64,000 nucleotides of DNA from Chloroflexota bacterium (GTDB lineage Bacteria > Chloroflexota > Limnocylindria > Limnocylindrales > CSP1-4): NCBI GenBank assembly GCA_021785175.1, contig JAJYGH010000077.1, positions 11,709-75,708 on the forward strand. The letters are read 5' to 3'. Within the stretch, counting starts at the first letter, position 1; each line of letters starts with the position of its first letter. The notes under the pieces were generated by a model that did no database searches, was not told the DNA's origin, and saw only the letters and a list, made by a program, of their open reading frames with translations. This document shows positions 18,074-27,701 of the stretch, piece by piece. A program made the position numbers and the translations under genes.

Positions 18074-19101
18074 TCGGTTCGATCGCGCCCGACCGCATCG
18101 CGCCGCGGGTCATGATGCTGTCGCAGCCCGTCGTGCGGATCGCACTCCATCCGGGTGATCGGCCGCTCGTCGCGGCCGGCGACAGGGTCGAGCCGGGCCA
18201 GCCGGTCCTCGAGCGCCTTCGCCACGCGCAGGTCGCCGAGCACGGGCTCCGGGGCCATGCGATGCCGGCGCCGGGGACGACGTTCGCAGGGGGCACGGCC
18301 GTGGCCGGGTCCGGACGCCGCACACTCCGGTTCGATGGCGCGGGCGAGGTCGTCTGCGCCCTGCCCGGCGGCCACGTGCGGGCGGTCGTCTCACGCCACC
18401 TCGCGACCGTGGAGTCGCCGGTCGACGGCACCGTGGTCGGCCTCGACGCCGCCGCGCTGTCGCTTCGGGCCGACGGGATGGGCGTCACCGCCCTGATCGC
18501 GGTCGGCGAGCCCGCGTGCGGTCCGCTTGTCGTCGCCATCGAGGGGCCGTCGGCGGAGCTCCGGGGACAGCGGATCGACGTCCGGCACGCGGGCGCCATC
18601 CTCGTCGCCGGGTCCCGCATCGACGTCGAGAGCCTGACCCGCGCCCGGGCGATGGGCGTGCGCGGCGTGATCGTCGGGGGCGTCATCGGCACCGACGTGC
18701 ATGCGCTCCGCGCGTCGATCGGACGCCAGGAGGCATCGATCCACGCGAGCCCACCCTTCGCGCTGGTCGTCCTCGACGGGTACGGGAAGCGGCCGATCCC
18801 GCCCGACGCCTGGGAGGCGCTGACGCAGGCGGCGGGGCAGACCGTCGGTCTCGCCACGACGCCGCCGCTCGTGCTGCTGCCTTCGGACGCGGCGCCGTAC
18901 GCCGCGGACCGGTCCCGTGTGCGGGTCGTGTCCGGCCCGTACCTCGGCCGCACAGGCCGTGTCCTCGAGATGATCGGCCTCCGCCGGCTCGCCGGCGGCG
19001 TGTACCGGGAATTGGCCCGCGTCGCGCTCGACCCTGTCGTGCCGCCCGGCGCCCACGACATCGTCGAGCTGCCGATCGCCGAGCTGGAGCGTCATGGCTG
19101 A
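18070..19101 (+). CDS. Hypothetical protein with C-terminal KOW-like motif
   Basis: ATG overlaps upstream stop (ATGA); RVRVVSGPYLGRTGRVLEM fits the KOW G-x-Y/F-x-G-x-x-G-x-V pattern; otherwise no match recognised. Confidence 0.45.
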   Translation: MIGSIAPDRIAPRVMMLSQPVVRIALHPGDRPLVAAGDRVEPGQPVLERLRHAQVAEHGLRGHAMPAPGTTFAGGTAVAGSGRRTLRFDGAGEVVCALPGGHVRAVVSRHLATVESPVDGTVVGLDAAALSLRADGMGVTALIAVGEPACGPLVVAIEGPSAELRGQRIDVRHAGAILVAGSRIDVESLTRARAMGVRGVIVGGVIGTDVHALRASIGRQEASIHASPPFALVVLDGYGKRPIPPDAWEALTQAAGQTVGLATTPPLVLLPSDAAPYAADRSRVRVVSGPYLGRTGRVLEMIGLRRLAGGVYRELARVALDPVVPPGAHDIVELPIAELERHG

Positions 19102-19627
19102 GCCGCGGACGCCGGGGGGATCGTCGGTGGTGGTCCGGAGCGCGTCGGCCGAGGCGACGCGAGCGCTCGCCGCGCAGGTCGCCGAGGTGGCCGGGGCGGG
19201 AGACGTCGTCGCGCTGCGCGGCGAGCTGGGCGCCGGGAAGACGCAGTTCGCCAAGGGGTTTGCGCGGGGTCTGGGCGTCGATGCCGTCGTCAACAGCCCG
19301 AGTTTCACGCTGATGGCCGAGTACGCAGGCCGCTTGCCCCTGTTCCACCTCGACCTGTACCGCATCGTGGGGGCCGCGGACGCGCTGGCCGGAGGGCTCC
19401 TCGACGAGCGGCAGCAATCGGGCGTGACGCTCATCGAGTGGGCCGAGCGCCTGGACGGTCCGGTCGGGGGATCGGACGTCGAGGTGCGGTTCGAGGGCTC
19501 CGGCGACGAAGTGCGCCGGATCGAGCTTCTGGCGCGGACCGACCGCGGCCGGCACTACGTCGGTGCGGCGCGGACGTGGCGGGACGAGTGGCGTGACGCT
19601 GCGAACAGCGACGGGGGGAGGCCGTGA
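19094..19627 (+). CDS. tsaE: tRNA threonylcarbamoyladenosine biosynthesis ATPase TsaE
   Basis: Walker A LRGELGAGKTQFAKG; precedes tsaB-rimI-tsaD. Confidence 0.9.
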   Translation: MAEPRTPGGSSVVVRSASAEATRALAAQVAEVAGAGDVVALRGELGAGKTQFAKGFARGLGVDAVVNSPSFTLMAEYAGRLPLFHLDLYRIVGAADALAGGLLDERQQSGVTLIEWAERLDGPVGGSDVEVRFEGSGDEVRRIELLARTDRGRHYVGAARTWRDEWRDAANSDGGRP

Positions 19628-20421
19628 TGGACGGTGGTGCGGGCGACCGTGCGAAGGGCCCCCTCGTCGGGATCGACACGGCGACGCGCCGGGCCGCGAT
19701 CGCGATCGGCGACGGGTACGGGCCGCCGGTCTCACAACGGTCGTGGGAGGCGGGCTACCGGCACGGCGAGGAGCTGCTGGCGGTGCTCGACGAACTCCTG
19801 CGCGAGGCGGGGATCGGGCTGTCGGACGTCGGCGGGATCGTGACCGGGATCGGACCGGGCGCGTTCACGGGGCTGCGGGTCGGGCTTGCGACGGCGAAGG
19901 CCCTCGCCTACGGGCTCCACGTGCCGATCGTGGGCGTTGCCTCGACGCGCGCACTCGCCCGCGCCGCACTGGCATCCCCGAATCCACGGCCGCCAGCCGG
20001 GGCCGGGCCGCCGGGCGCAGGCCCCGCATCTGCCCACCCTGCGGTCGTCGCGGTCGCGATGCCCGCCGGGCCCCATGACCGATATCTCGCGCGATATCGC
20101 ACTCTCGCGGGGCAAGGCGATCTCGAAGCTGTCGACGGTCCTGTGCTCGTCCCGGGCGGCGAGGCGATCGAGCCGCTCGTCCGCGATGCGACACTGGTCG
20201 CCGTCGACCTGGGCGGGCGCCCTGGCGTGGACGACGATGCGCTCGTGCGGGGTCGCATGGCGCAGGAGGGGCTCGGGGAAGCGCTGCTGGCGGCGGGCCG
20301 CGAGGCGCTCGATCGCGGCGAGGCGGGTGACGTCGCGGCCCTCGTGCCGGCGTACGTGACGCTGCCGCGGGGCATCACGGTGCAGACGGGAGCCATCGAG
20401 TGGTCGCGCGACCTCCGGTGA
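19624..20421 (+). CDS. tsaB: tRNA threonylcarbamoyladenosine biosynthesis protein TsaB (inactive Kae1 homologue)
   Basis: LVGIDTATRRAAIAI...GPGAFTGLRVGLATAKALAY typical YeaZ. Confidence 0.88.
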   Translation: MMDGGAGDRAKGPLVGIDTATRRAAIAIGDGYGPPVSQRSWEAGYRHGEELLAVLDELLREAGIGLSDVGGIVTGIGPGAFTGLRVGLATAKALAYGLHVPIVGVASTRALARAALASPNPRPPAGAGPPGAGPASAHPAVVAVAMPAGPHDRYLARYRTLAGQGDLEAVDGPVLVPGGEAIEPLVRDATLVAVDLGGRPGVDDDALVRGRMAQEGLGEALLAAGREALDRGEAGDVAALVPAYVTLPRGITVQTGAIEWSRDLR

Positions 20422-21011
20422 CCGTCGTCATCGAGCCGATGCGCGCGGACGACATCCCCGCCGTCCACGACATCGAGCGCGCGAGCTTCAGCGCGCCCTG
20501 GCCGACCTACGCGTTCCGGCAGGAACTCGAGTCGAATCGCCTCGCCCGGTACGTCGTCGCGCGGGAGGGGGACCACGTGGTGGGCTACGGCGGGCTCTGG
20601 CTGATGGTCGACGAGGCCCACATCACGACGTTCGCCGTGGCGCCCGCATCGCGGCGGCAGGGTGTCGGGGAACGCATGCTGCTCGAGCTGTTGCGGATCT
20701 CGGAGTCGGTGGGCGCGGCGGTCGCCACGCTCGAGGTGCGCGTGTCGAACCTGCCGGCGCGGCGGCTGTACGAGAAGTACGGCTTCCGGCCGGTCGGCGT
20801 GCGGCCCCGGTACTACACGGACAACAACGAGGACGCGCTGATCATGACGACGGGGGAGCTCAGCTCGAGGGAGATGCGCGGGCGCATCGCGCGGCTGTCG
20901 GCCGAGCTGTTCGGGTCGGGGGTCGGCGCGACGGACACCGCCGCTGATCGGCGCGGCGGCGCCGATCAGCGGAGCCCCGGTGTCCCGCGCGGCGGGGAGG
21001 CGGTCGGATGA
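20418..21011 (+). CDS. rimI: Ribosomal-protein-alanine N-acetyltransferase (GNAT)
   Basis: GNAT motifs (RRQGVGERMLLELL; YEKYGF); GTG 20418 overlaps tsaB stop (alternative ATG 20400). Confidence 0.85.
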   Translation: MTVVIEPMRADDIPAVHDIERASFSAPWPTYAFRQELESNRLARYVVAREGDHVVGYGGLWLMVDEAHITTFAVAPASRRQGVGERMLLELLRISESVGAAVATLEVRVSNLPARRLYEKYGFRPVGVRPRYYTDNNEDALIMTTGELSSREMRGRIARLSAELFGSGVGATDTAADRRGGADQRSPGVPRGGEAVG

Positions 21012-22051
21012 GTGGCAGCGGGATCGTCCTCGCCGTCGAGACGTCGTGTGACGAGACGGCCGTCGCCGTCGTCGAGAACGGGCGGCGGATCCGCGCCAGC
21101 GTGGTCGCGAGCCAGGTCGCCATGCACGCCGCGACGGGCGGGATCGTCCCCGAGGTCGCGGCACGCGCGCACCTCCGCTGGATCGTGCCGGTGTTCGAGG
21201 AGGCGCGCGCGGGGGCCGGGATCGACGACTGGTCGGAGATCGAGTCGGTGGCCGTGACATACGGACCGGGGCTCGCAGGCTCACTGCTCGTCGGCATCAA
21301 CTTCGCGAAGACGCTCGCCTACGTCCACGGTCGCCCGCTCGTCCCGGTCAACCACCTCGAGGGGCACATCTACGCCGCGTGGCTGCTCGACCCCGGCGAG
21401 TCCGAGCGGCCCGCGCCGCCGTTTCCGCTGATCGCGCTGGTCGTCAGCGGCGGGCACACGTTCCTCGTCGAGATGCGCGACCACCTCGACTATCGCTTCC
21501 TCGGGCAGACGGTCGACGATGCGGCGGGCGAGGCGTTCGACAAGGTCGGCCGGCTGCTGGGCCTGCCGTATCCCGGCGGCCCGGCGATCATGAAGGCGGC
21601 CGCCGGGGCGGTCGACCACGACGTGGAGTTCCCGCGGGCCTGGATGGGCGACTCCTACGACTTCAGCTTCAGTGGCCTCAAGACGGCGGCGCGCCGGGCG
21701 ATCGAGGCGCGCGGGGGGACCGCGTCGCTCGCGTCGGAGGTCGTGGCCGAGCTCGCGTACGGGTTCCAGGAGTCGGTCGTCGACGTGCTCGCGACGAAGA
21801 CGGGGCTGGCCGCCGCGCGCAGCGGGGCACAGGCGATCGTGCTCGGCGGCGGCGTCGCGGCGAACGCGGTGCTGCGGGATCGCGTCGCCGAGCGAGCGGC
21901 GGCGCTCCACATCCCGCTGATCGTGCCGCGGCCGGCGCTCTGCACGGACAACGCGGCGATGATCGGGGCGGCCGGCTTCTTCCGGACGCGCGCCGGGACG
22001 CGCGCTTCGCTCGACCTCGACGCGCGCCCGTCGCTGCCACTCGTCGAGTGA
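21008..22051 (+). CDS. tsaD: tRNA N6-adenosine threonylcarbamoyltransferase TsaD
   Basis: ILAVETSCDETAVAVV...HLEGHIYAA metal-binding His motif; ATG overlaps rimI stop. Confidence 0.93.
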   Translation: MSGSGIVLAVETSCDETAVAVVENGRRIRASVVASQVAMHAATGGIVPEVAARAHLRWIVPVFEEARAGAGIDDWSEIESVAVTYGPGLAGSLLVGINFAKTLAYVHGRPLVPVNHLEGHIYAAWLLDPGESERPAPPFPLIALVVSGGHTFLVEMRDHLDYRFLGQTVDDAAGEAFDKVGRLLGLPYPGGPAIMKAAAGAVDHDVEFPRAWMGDSYDFSFSGLKTAARRAIEARGGTASLASEVVAELAYGFQESVVDVLATKTGLAAARSGAQAIVLGGGVAANAVLRDRVAERAAALHIPLIVPRPALCTDNAAMIGAAGFFRTRAGTRASLDLDARPSLPLVE

Positions 22052-22068
22052 CCGGAGTCGCTCGGACC

Positions 22069-23070
22069 ATGACCACACCGCGCGATCCTCTCGACGGCGT
22101 CCACCTCGGTCCCGAGTCCGTCCGCCGGCACCTGCGCCGGCACGGCCTCGAGGCGCGGCACTCGCTGAGCCAGAACCATCTCGCCGACGGTGAGACGCTC
22201 GAGGCGATCGTGCAGGCCGCCGCGCCGACGGGACGCCGAGTGCTGGAGATCGGGCCGGGCATCGGCATCCTGACCGGCGCCCTCCTCGCGCAGGGAGCGG
22301 CCGTCACCGCCGTCGAGGTCGACGCGCGCCTGGCCGCGCACCTCCGCGACCGGTTCGCGGAAGCGATCGGCCGCGCGGAAGACGAGGAGGCCCCCGGCGG
22401 CCTGCGGTTGGTCGAGGCCGACGCGCTCGACGTTCCCGTCACGGACCTCGTCGGGGCCCCGTACGACCTCGTCGCGAACCTGCCCTACCACATCACGAGC
22501 CCGATCCTCCACCACGTCCTCGGCAACGAGCCCCGTCCGGAGCGGTTCGTGCTGATGCTCCAGCGCGAGGTTGCCGAGCGGATCGCGGCGGCGCCGGGCG
22601 GGCTCAGCTACCTCAGCGTGTTCGTCCAGTACCACGCCCGCGTCGAGGTCGTGCGGATCGTGCCGGCCTCGTCGTTCGAGCCGTCGCCCGACGTCGACTC
22701 GGCCGTGCTGGTGGGCACCACGAGGCCACGGCGGTTGCCGCCGGACGAGGAGGATGCGCTGTGGCGCCTCGTCCAGGCCGGGTTCCGGGAACGTCGCAAG
22801 ATGCTCCGCAACGTGCTGTCGCGGCAGCTGACGTCGCTCGGACGGGAGCGCATCGACGCGGCGCTCGAGGGCACCGGGATCGCGCCCGATCGGCGGCCGC
22901 AGACGGTGTCCGTCGAGGAGTGGCTGGCGCTCGCGGAGGCGCTGGCCATGATCGGCGACGATTGGCGGAAGGGCGCGGCGAACGGCGCGCAGACCGACCC
23001 CGCGGACACCGACGCCGGGCACGCGCGCACGGGACATGCCGGCACGCCGGCCCCGGGCGGCCACCGGTGA
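22069..23070 (+). CDS. rsmA: 16S rRNA (adenine1518/1519-N6)-dimethyltransferase
   Basis: HSLSQNHL...VLEIGPGIGILT SAM-binding motif, NLPYHITS catalytic motif; Ala-rich C-terminal extension. Confidence 0.9.
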   Translation: MTTPRDPLDGVHLGPESVRRHLRRHGLEARHSLSQNHLADGETLEAIVQAAAPTGRRVLEIGPGIGILTGALLAQGAAVTAVEVDARLAAHLRDRFAEAIGRAEDEEAPGGLRLVEADALDVPVTDLVGAPYDLVANLPYHITSPILHHVLGNEPRPERFVLMLQREVAERIAAAPGGLSYLSVFVQYHARVEVVRIVPASSFEPSPDVDSAVLVGTTRPRRLPPDEEDALWRLVQAGFRERRKMLRNVLSRQLTSLGRERIDAALEGTGIAPDRRPQTVSVEEWLALAEALAMIGDDWRKGAANGAQTDPADTDAGHARTGHAGTPAPGGHR

Positions 23071-24200
23071 CGGCGGACAGCGGTGGGCCCACGCTCCCCG
23101 CACGCCGCCGCGAGCGCCCCTCGGTCCTGACACTGGCGGCCCCGGCGAAGGTCAACCTCGTCCTCGAGGTCGGCGAGCGCCGTCCGGACGGGTTCCACGA
23201 ACTGCGGTCCGTGTTCGCGCCGCTGGCGCTCGCCGACACGCTCGCGGTCCGTGTGATGGCTGGCAGTGACGCGGACGCCGCCGCTGGTGTCGTCGCCCCC
23301 GCGGCAGGGGACCTCGACGGCGCTCGCGACGCCGGCGCCGGCCCCGATACGCTCTCGATCCTGGGGGCGTCGGACCTGCCGGTCGAGGGGAACCTCGTGC
23401 TCCGGGCCGCCGCGCTCCTGCGCGCCGACGTCGCCCGGGCGCTTCCGCCGCTCGAGTTCCGGCTCCGGAAGCGGATCCCGGCCGCGGCGGGGCTCGGCGG
23501 GGGGAGCAGCGACGCCCTGGCCGCCCTCGATCTCGCGGCTGCGGCCTGGGGTATTCGTCTCGCCGCGCGGCGGCGCCTCGTCCTCGCCGAGCGGCTCGGA
23601 TCGGACGTGCCGTTCTTCTGCGTCGGCGGCTGGGCCCTCGTCGGCGGACGGGGCGAGCGGCTGCAGCGCCTGCCGCCGCCGGCCGGCGGCCCGCTCGGCG
23701 TCCTCCTCGTCGTCCCCGCCGCTCGCCTGTCCACCCGCGACGTGTTCTCGGCGTTCGACGCGCAGCGGGCGAAGCCGTGCGATCCCGGCCGCGCGCCGTC
23801 CCGCGCGCGTGGCGCCGGCGCCGGATCCGTCCCCCGCCCCGCGACCGCCCTCGCCCGTCGCCTCCGTGCCGCGGCGTCGCCCGCTCAGATCGCCACCATC
23901 GAACCCGCCAACGACCTGGCTCCCGCCGCCGACGCGCTGCTGGACGGCCTCGCCGAGGCGCGGGCCGGCATCGGCACGATCCTCGGACGACCAGTCCACC
24001 TCAGCGGATCGGGGCCGTCGATGGCCGTCCTCTATCCTTCGCCGGGGTACGCGCGCGAGGCCGCGGCCATCATCTCCGCCGCCATCGCCCGCGGAGCCCT
24101 GCACGTCCCGGGTGGTTCGGGCGAGGTGATCGCCACGATGACGGGGCCGGAGCGACCGGCACGCAGGCGCGCGGATGCACACAGGGGAGGAGTCGCATGA
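23067..24200 (+). CDS. ispE: 4-diphosphocytidyl-2-C-methyl-D-erythritol kinase
   Basis: APAKVNLVLEV, GHMP motif GLGGGSSDALAAL; GTG overlaps rsmA stop; long low-complexity C-terminal region. Confidence 0.85.
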   Translation: MTADSGGPTLPARRRERPSVLTLAAPAKVNLVLEVGERRPDGFHELRSVFAPLALADTLAVRVMAGSDADAAAGVVAPAAGDLDGARDAGAGPDTLSILGASDLPVEGNLVLRAAALLRADVARALPPLEFRLRKRIPAAAGLGGGSSDALAALDLAAAAWGIRLAARRRLVLAERLGSDVPFFCVGGWALVGGRGERLQRLPPPAGGPLGVLLVVPAARLSTRDVFSAFDAQRAKPCDPGRAPSRARGAGAGSVPRPATALARRLRAAASPAQIATIEPANDLAPAADALLDGLAEARAGIGTILGRPVHLSGSGPSMAVLYPSPGYAREAAAIISAAIARGALHVPGGSGEVIATMTGPERPARRRADAHRGGVA

Positions 24201-24583
24201 TGGACGCGATCTCGACGTCGGAGGCCCCCGCGGCGATCGGCCCGTACAGCCAGGCCCTGCGCGCAGGCCGGTTCGTGTTCTGTTCGGGGCAGCTCGGGAT
24301 GGACCCGGCGTCGGGCGAACTGGCGGCGGGCACCGCTGCGCAGGCGGAGCGTGCCCTTGCCAACGTTCGCGCCGTCCTCGCCGCGGCCGGGGCCGTAATG
24401 GACGACGTGGTCCGGACCACGATCTTCCTCGCCGACATGTCGGACTTCGCGAGCGTGAACGAGGTGTATGCGCGCCACTTCCGCGCTCCGTTCCCGGCGC
24501 GCTCGACCGTCGCCGTGGCCGCACTGCCGCGAGGCGGCCGCGTCGAGATCGAGGTCACGGCGCTGCTGCCGGACCGGCCATGA
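24197..24583 (+). CDS. ridA: RidA/YjgF family reactive-intermediate (enamine/imine) deaminase
   Basis: APAAIGPYSQA...RTTIFLADMSDFASVNEVY...ARSTVAVAALPRGGRVEIE typical RidA; ATG overlaps ispE stop. Confidence 0.88.
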   Translation: MMDAISTSEAPAAIGPYSQALRAGRFVFCSGQLGMDPASGELAAGTAAQAERALANVRAVLAAAGAVMDDVVRTTIFLADMSDFASVNEVYARHFRAPFPARSTVAVAALPRGGRVEIEVTALLPDRP

Positions 24584-24679
24584 CGGCGCCGACGATGGGC
24601 GTCGAGCCCGCGCCCCTGGTTCCCCTCGCCTCGCGGCCGAGGTGCCGCATCGCTGCGATGGGGGGCCGGTGGTGCGACG

Positions 24680-24708
24680 TTGACACTCCCGCGCCCGGAC
24701 CGGAGAAT
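24680..24708 (+). promoter_or_regulatory. Candidate sigma-70-type promoter TTGACA-N17-GAGAAT upstream of glmU
   Basis: Motif read directly in 175-nt ridA-glmU intergenic gap; AT-richer than surroundings. Confidence 0.3.
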
Positions 24709-24758
24709 CACCGCGACGTGTCGAACAACCCTCCAGGTCGCCACGAGCGGCCGGCGTC

Positions 24759-26258
24759 GTGAACGACGCCACTGCCGGCCCGCTCGCCGTCATCCTCGCC
24801 GCGGGCCTCGGGACCCGCATGCGGTCGCGCCGGCCCAAGGTCCTTCACCCCGTCTGCGGCCGCCCGATGCTGGCCCACGTGCTCGACGTCGCTCGCACGC
24901 TCCGTGGGCCCGACCCGCTCGTGGTCGTGTCGCCCGCGACCGAGCGCGTGCGGCAGGAGATCGGGGCCGATGGGGTCGCGTACGCGCTGCAGGCGGAGCC
25001 GCTCGGGACGGCCGACGCGCTGCGGTCCGCGATGGACGCGGTCCCCCCCGGGGTCGACGAGATCATCGTGCTCAGCGGCGATGTCCCGCTGCTGCGGCCC
25101 GCCACGGTCCGCGAGCTGGTGCTGCTGCGGCGCTCCGAGGACGCGACGATCGCCCTCGCCGTGACCCATCCGGCCGACCCGCGCGGGTACGGCCGCGTCG
25201 TGCGCGACCTCGACGGGCGCGTGGCACGGATCATCGAGGAGAAGGACGCCGACGAGGCGACGCGCCGGATCGGCGAGGCGAACGCCGGCCTCTACGCCTT
25301 CAACGCGGCGTGGGTGCGCTCGCGGATCGCGGACGTCGCGCCGTCGCCGACCACGGGGGAGTATTACCTCCCGGAGCTGGTCGCGATGGCGCATGCCGAG
25401 GGCGGCACGGTCGTGACGCTCGACGTCGCGGACGAGCGCGAGCTGGCGGGCATCAACGACCGGGTGCAGCTCGCCGAGGCGGAGGGGGAGCTGCGCCGGC
25501 GCATCGTCGAGGAGCACATGCGGGCCGGGGTCACGATGCTCGACCCGCGCAGCGTCACCGTCGAGTCGGGCGTCGAGATCGCCCCCGATGTCGTGCTCGA
25601 GGCCGGCGTGATCCTGCAGGGCCGCACCCGGATCGGAGCCGACAGCGTGATCGGCGCCGGCAGCCGGGTCGTCGACAGCGTCGTCGGCGAGCGGTGCCGT
25701 GTCTGGTCGAGCGTGATCGAGTCGAGCGAGATCGGGGACGACGTCCGGATCGGGCCCTGGGCGCACCTCCGCCCGGGAACGCGCGTCGGCGACGGCGCCG
25801 AGGTCGGCAACTTCGCCGAGATCAAGGCGAGCACCCTCGGTCCCGGCTCGAAGCAGCACCACTTCAGCTATCTCGGCGACGCGACGATCGGCACGCACGT
25901 GAACATCGGCGCGGGCACGGTCACCTGCAACTACGACGGACGCCGCAAGCACCCGACCCGGATCGGCGACGGTGCGTTCATCGGATCCGACACGATGCTC
26001 GTCGCTCCCGTGGACGTCGGCGCCGGGGCGAGGACGGGGGCCGGCTCGGTCGTGACCCGCGACGTTCCGGACGGGATGCTGGCCGTGGGCGTGCCCGCGC
26101 GCCTCCGCCGGCCGCGAGATGCAAGCGAGCGGGAGATCGAGCCCGGGACGATCGCCGCGGAGGCCGGAGAGGCCTCCGCGGTCATGGCCGGCGCAGCAGA
26201 CGATCCCGCGGCCCAGCGGCCGGTACCCGCAGCGGAGGACGCCGCGCCCCGCGCATGA
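24759..26258 (+). CDS. glmU: Bifunctional UDP-N-acetylglucosamine pyrophosphorylase / glucosamine-1-phosphate N-acetyltransferase
   Basis: LAVILAAGLGTRMRS nucleotidyltransferase motif plus C-terminal left-handed beta-helix hexapeptide repeats; GTG start. Confidence 0.92.
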   Translation: MNDATAGPLAVILAAGLGTRMRSRRPKVLHPVCGRPMLAHVLDVARTLRGPDPLVVVSPATERVRQEIGADGVAYALQAEPLGTADALRSAMDAVPPGVDEIIVLSGDVPLLRPATVRELVLLRRSEDATIALAVTHPADPRGYGRVVRDLDGRVARIIEEKDADEATRRIGEANAGLYAFNAAWVRSRIADVAPSPTTGEYYLPELVAMAHAEGGTVVTLDVADERELAGINDRVQLAEAEGELRRRIVEEHMRAGVTMLDPRSVTVESGVEIAPDVVLEAGVILQGRTRIGADSVIGAGSRVVDSVVGERCRVWSSVIESSEIGDDVRIGPWAHLRPGTRVGDGAEVGNFAEIKASTLGPGSKQHHFSYLGDATIGTHVNIGAGTVTCNYDGRRKHPTRIGDGAFIGSDTMLVAPVDVGAGARTGAGSVVTRDVPDGMLAVGVPARLRRPRDASEREIEPGTIAAEAGEASAVMAGAADDPAAQRPVPAAEDAAPRA

Positions 26259-27583
26259 ACGCGCTCCAGGACCTCATCATCATCGCGATCCTGATCGCGC
26301 TCAACGCGTTCTTCGTCGCGTCCGAGATCGCGCTCGTCACGACGCGGCGCAGCCGCATCGAGCAGCTGATGGAGGAGGGCAACCAGGCCGCGCGGCGCGT
26401 GGACCACCTCCTCCAGCGGCCGGGCCGGTTCCTCGCCGTGACGCAGCTCTGGATCACGTTCATCGGCTTCCTGTCGGCCGCGTTCGCCGCCCTCAGCCTC
26501 AACGAGGGGTTGCGCGCTCTGCTCGCCCAGATCCCCGCCCTGCGTGACTACGCCGACGCCCTGAGCCTGCTCATCGTCACGTTGCTCCTCTCGCTGTTCG
26601 CCATCGTCTTCGGCGAGCTCGTCCCGAAGGCGTTTGCGCTCGCGAACGCCGAGCGATTCGCGCTCGGCATCTCGGGCCTGTTCCTGTTCCTCGAGAAGGT
26701 GCTGAGCCCGCTCGTGCGGCTGCTCGAGTTCGTGACGAACGCCGTGACGCGCCCGTTCGGTGTCGTCCAGCAGGACCGCACCCAGATCTCGATGGAGGAA
26801 TTCAAGATCCTCGTCGAGCGCGGCGGCGAGCAGGGCGTGCTCGAGGCGGAGGAGGAGCAGATGATCTCCGCGGTCATCGAGCTCGGCGAGGGCCGCGTGC
26901 ACGAGGTCATGGTCCCCCGGATCGACGTGACGGCGATCCCGATCGACACGCCCTTCGGCGAGGCGGTCGACACGATCCTGCGCGAAGGTCACTCGCGGAT
27001 CCCGGTGTACGAGGAGTCGATCGACAACATCGTCGGGATCCTGTACGCGAAGGACCTGCTGCCGTACCTCAAAGGCAACGCCCCCACGCCAGACCTGCGG
27101 CGGCTGCTCCGCACGCCGCTGTTCGTGCCCGAGTCGATGAGCGTGGACGACCTCCTGCACGAGCTGCAGCGGCGCAGGGTCCACATCGCGATCGTGCTCG
27201 ACGAGTACGGCGGGACCGCGGGCCTCGTGACCATCGAGGACCTGCTGGAGGAGATCGTCGGCGAGATCCAGGACGAGTACGACGTCGAGGAGCCGATGGT
27301 CGAGCGGGTGTCGGAGGGCGAGGTCCGGTTCGACGGCCGCGCGAACATCGACGATTTCGTCGACGCGTTCGACGTCGATCTGGCCGACGAGGACCGCGAG
27401 GAGTACGACACGGTGGGCGGTCTCGTGTACCACCGCGTCGGGGGCGTCCCCGAGGTCGGCGACAGCATCGACGTCGACGGGGTCACGCTGACCGTGGAGT
27501 CGACCGACGGACGGCGGGTCGGCAAGGTTCTGGCGGTCCGCCGGCCCGAGGAGCCGGTGCACGCGGAGGCGGCGGGGGAGTAG
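26255..27583 (+). CDS. CNNM/CorC-family membrane protein (DUF21-CBS pair-CorC_HlyC)
   Basis: Four N-terminal TM helices (DUF21), tandem CBS domains, C-terminal transporter-associated domain; ATG overlaps glmU stop; embedded in a spurious 967-aa ORF. Confidence 0.85.
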   Translation: MNALQDLIIIAILIALNAFFVASEIALVTTRRSRIEQLMEEGNQAARRVDHLLQRPGRFLAVTQLWITFIGFLSAAFAALSLNEGLRALLAQIPALRDYADALSLLIVTLLLSLFAIVFGELVPKAFALANAERFALGISGLFLFLEKVLSPLVRLLEFVTNAVTRPFGVVQQDRTQISMEEFKILVERGGEQGVLEAEEEQMISAVIELGEGRVHEVMVPRIDVTAIPIDTPFGEAVDTILREGHSRIPVYEESIDNIVGILYAKDLLPYLKGNAPTPDLRRLLRTPLFVPESMSVDDLLHELQRRRVHIAIVLDEYGGTAGLVTIEDLLEEIVGEIQDEYDVEEPMVERVSEGEVRFDGRANIDDFVDAFDVDLADEDREEYDTVGGLVYHRVGGVPEVGDSIDVDGVTLTVESTDGRRVGKVLAVRRPEEPVHAEAAGE

Positions 27584-27661
27584 GGCCGTCGCGTCGCGGG
27601 CGACGCGCGATCCGCGGTGTCGCGGAGCCGCGCGGCGGGCGGGTCGGACCGGCCGGGCGAA

Positions 27662-27683
27662 GGGGAAGCGCCGATCCTTCCCC
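27662..27683. terminator. Hairpin ggggaag-N8-cttcccc between convergent genes
   Basis: Perfect 7-bp inverted repeat read directly in convergent intergenic region. Confidence 0.3.
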
Positions 27684-27701
27684 GGGCGGGACCCCGTTCT
27701 C

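Noticed and set aside
24680-27583. 967-aa plus-strand ORF
   Set aside because: The first two thirds is an Arg/Gly-rich alternative frame overlapping glmU. Only 26255..27583 (CNNM/CorC protein, ATG overlapping the glmU stop) is coding.
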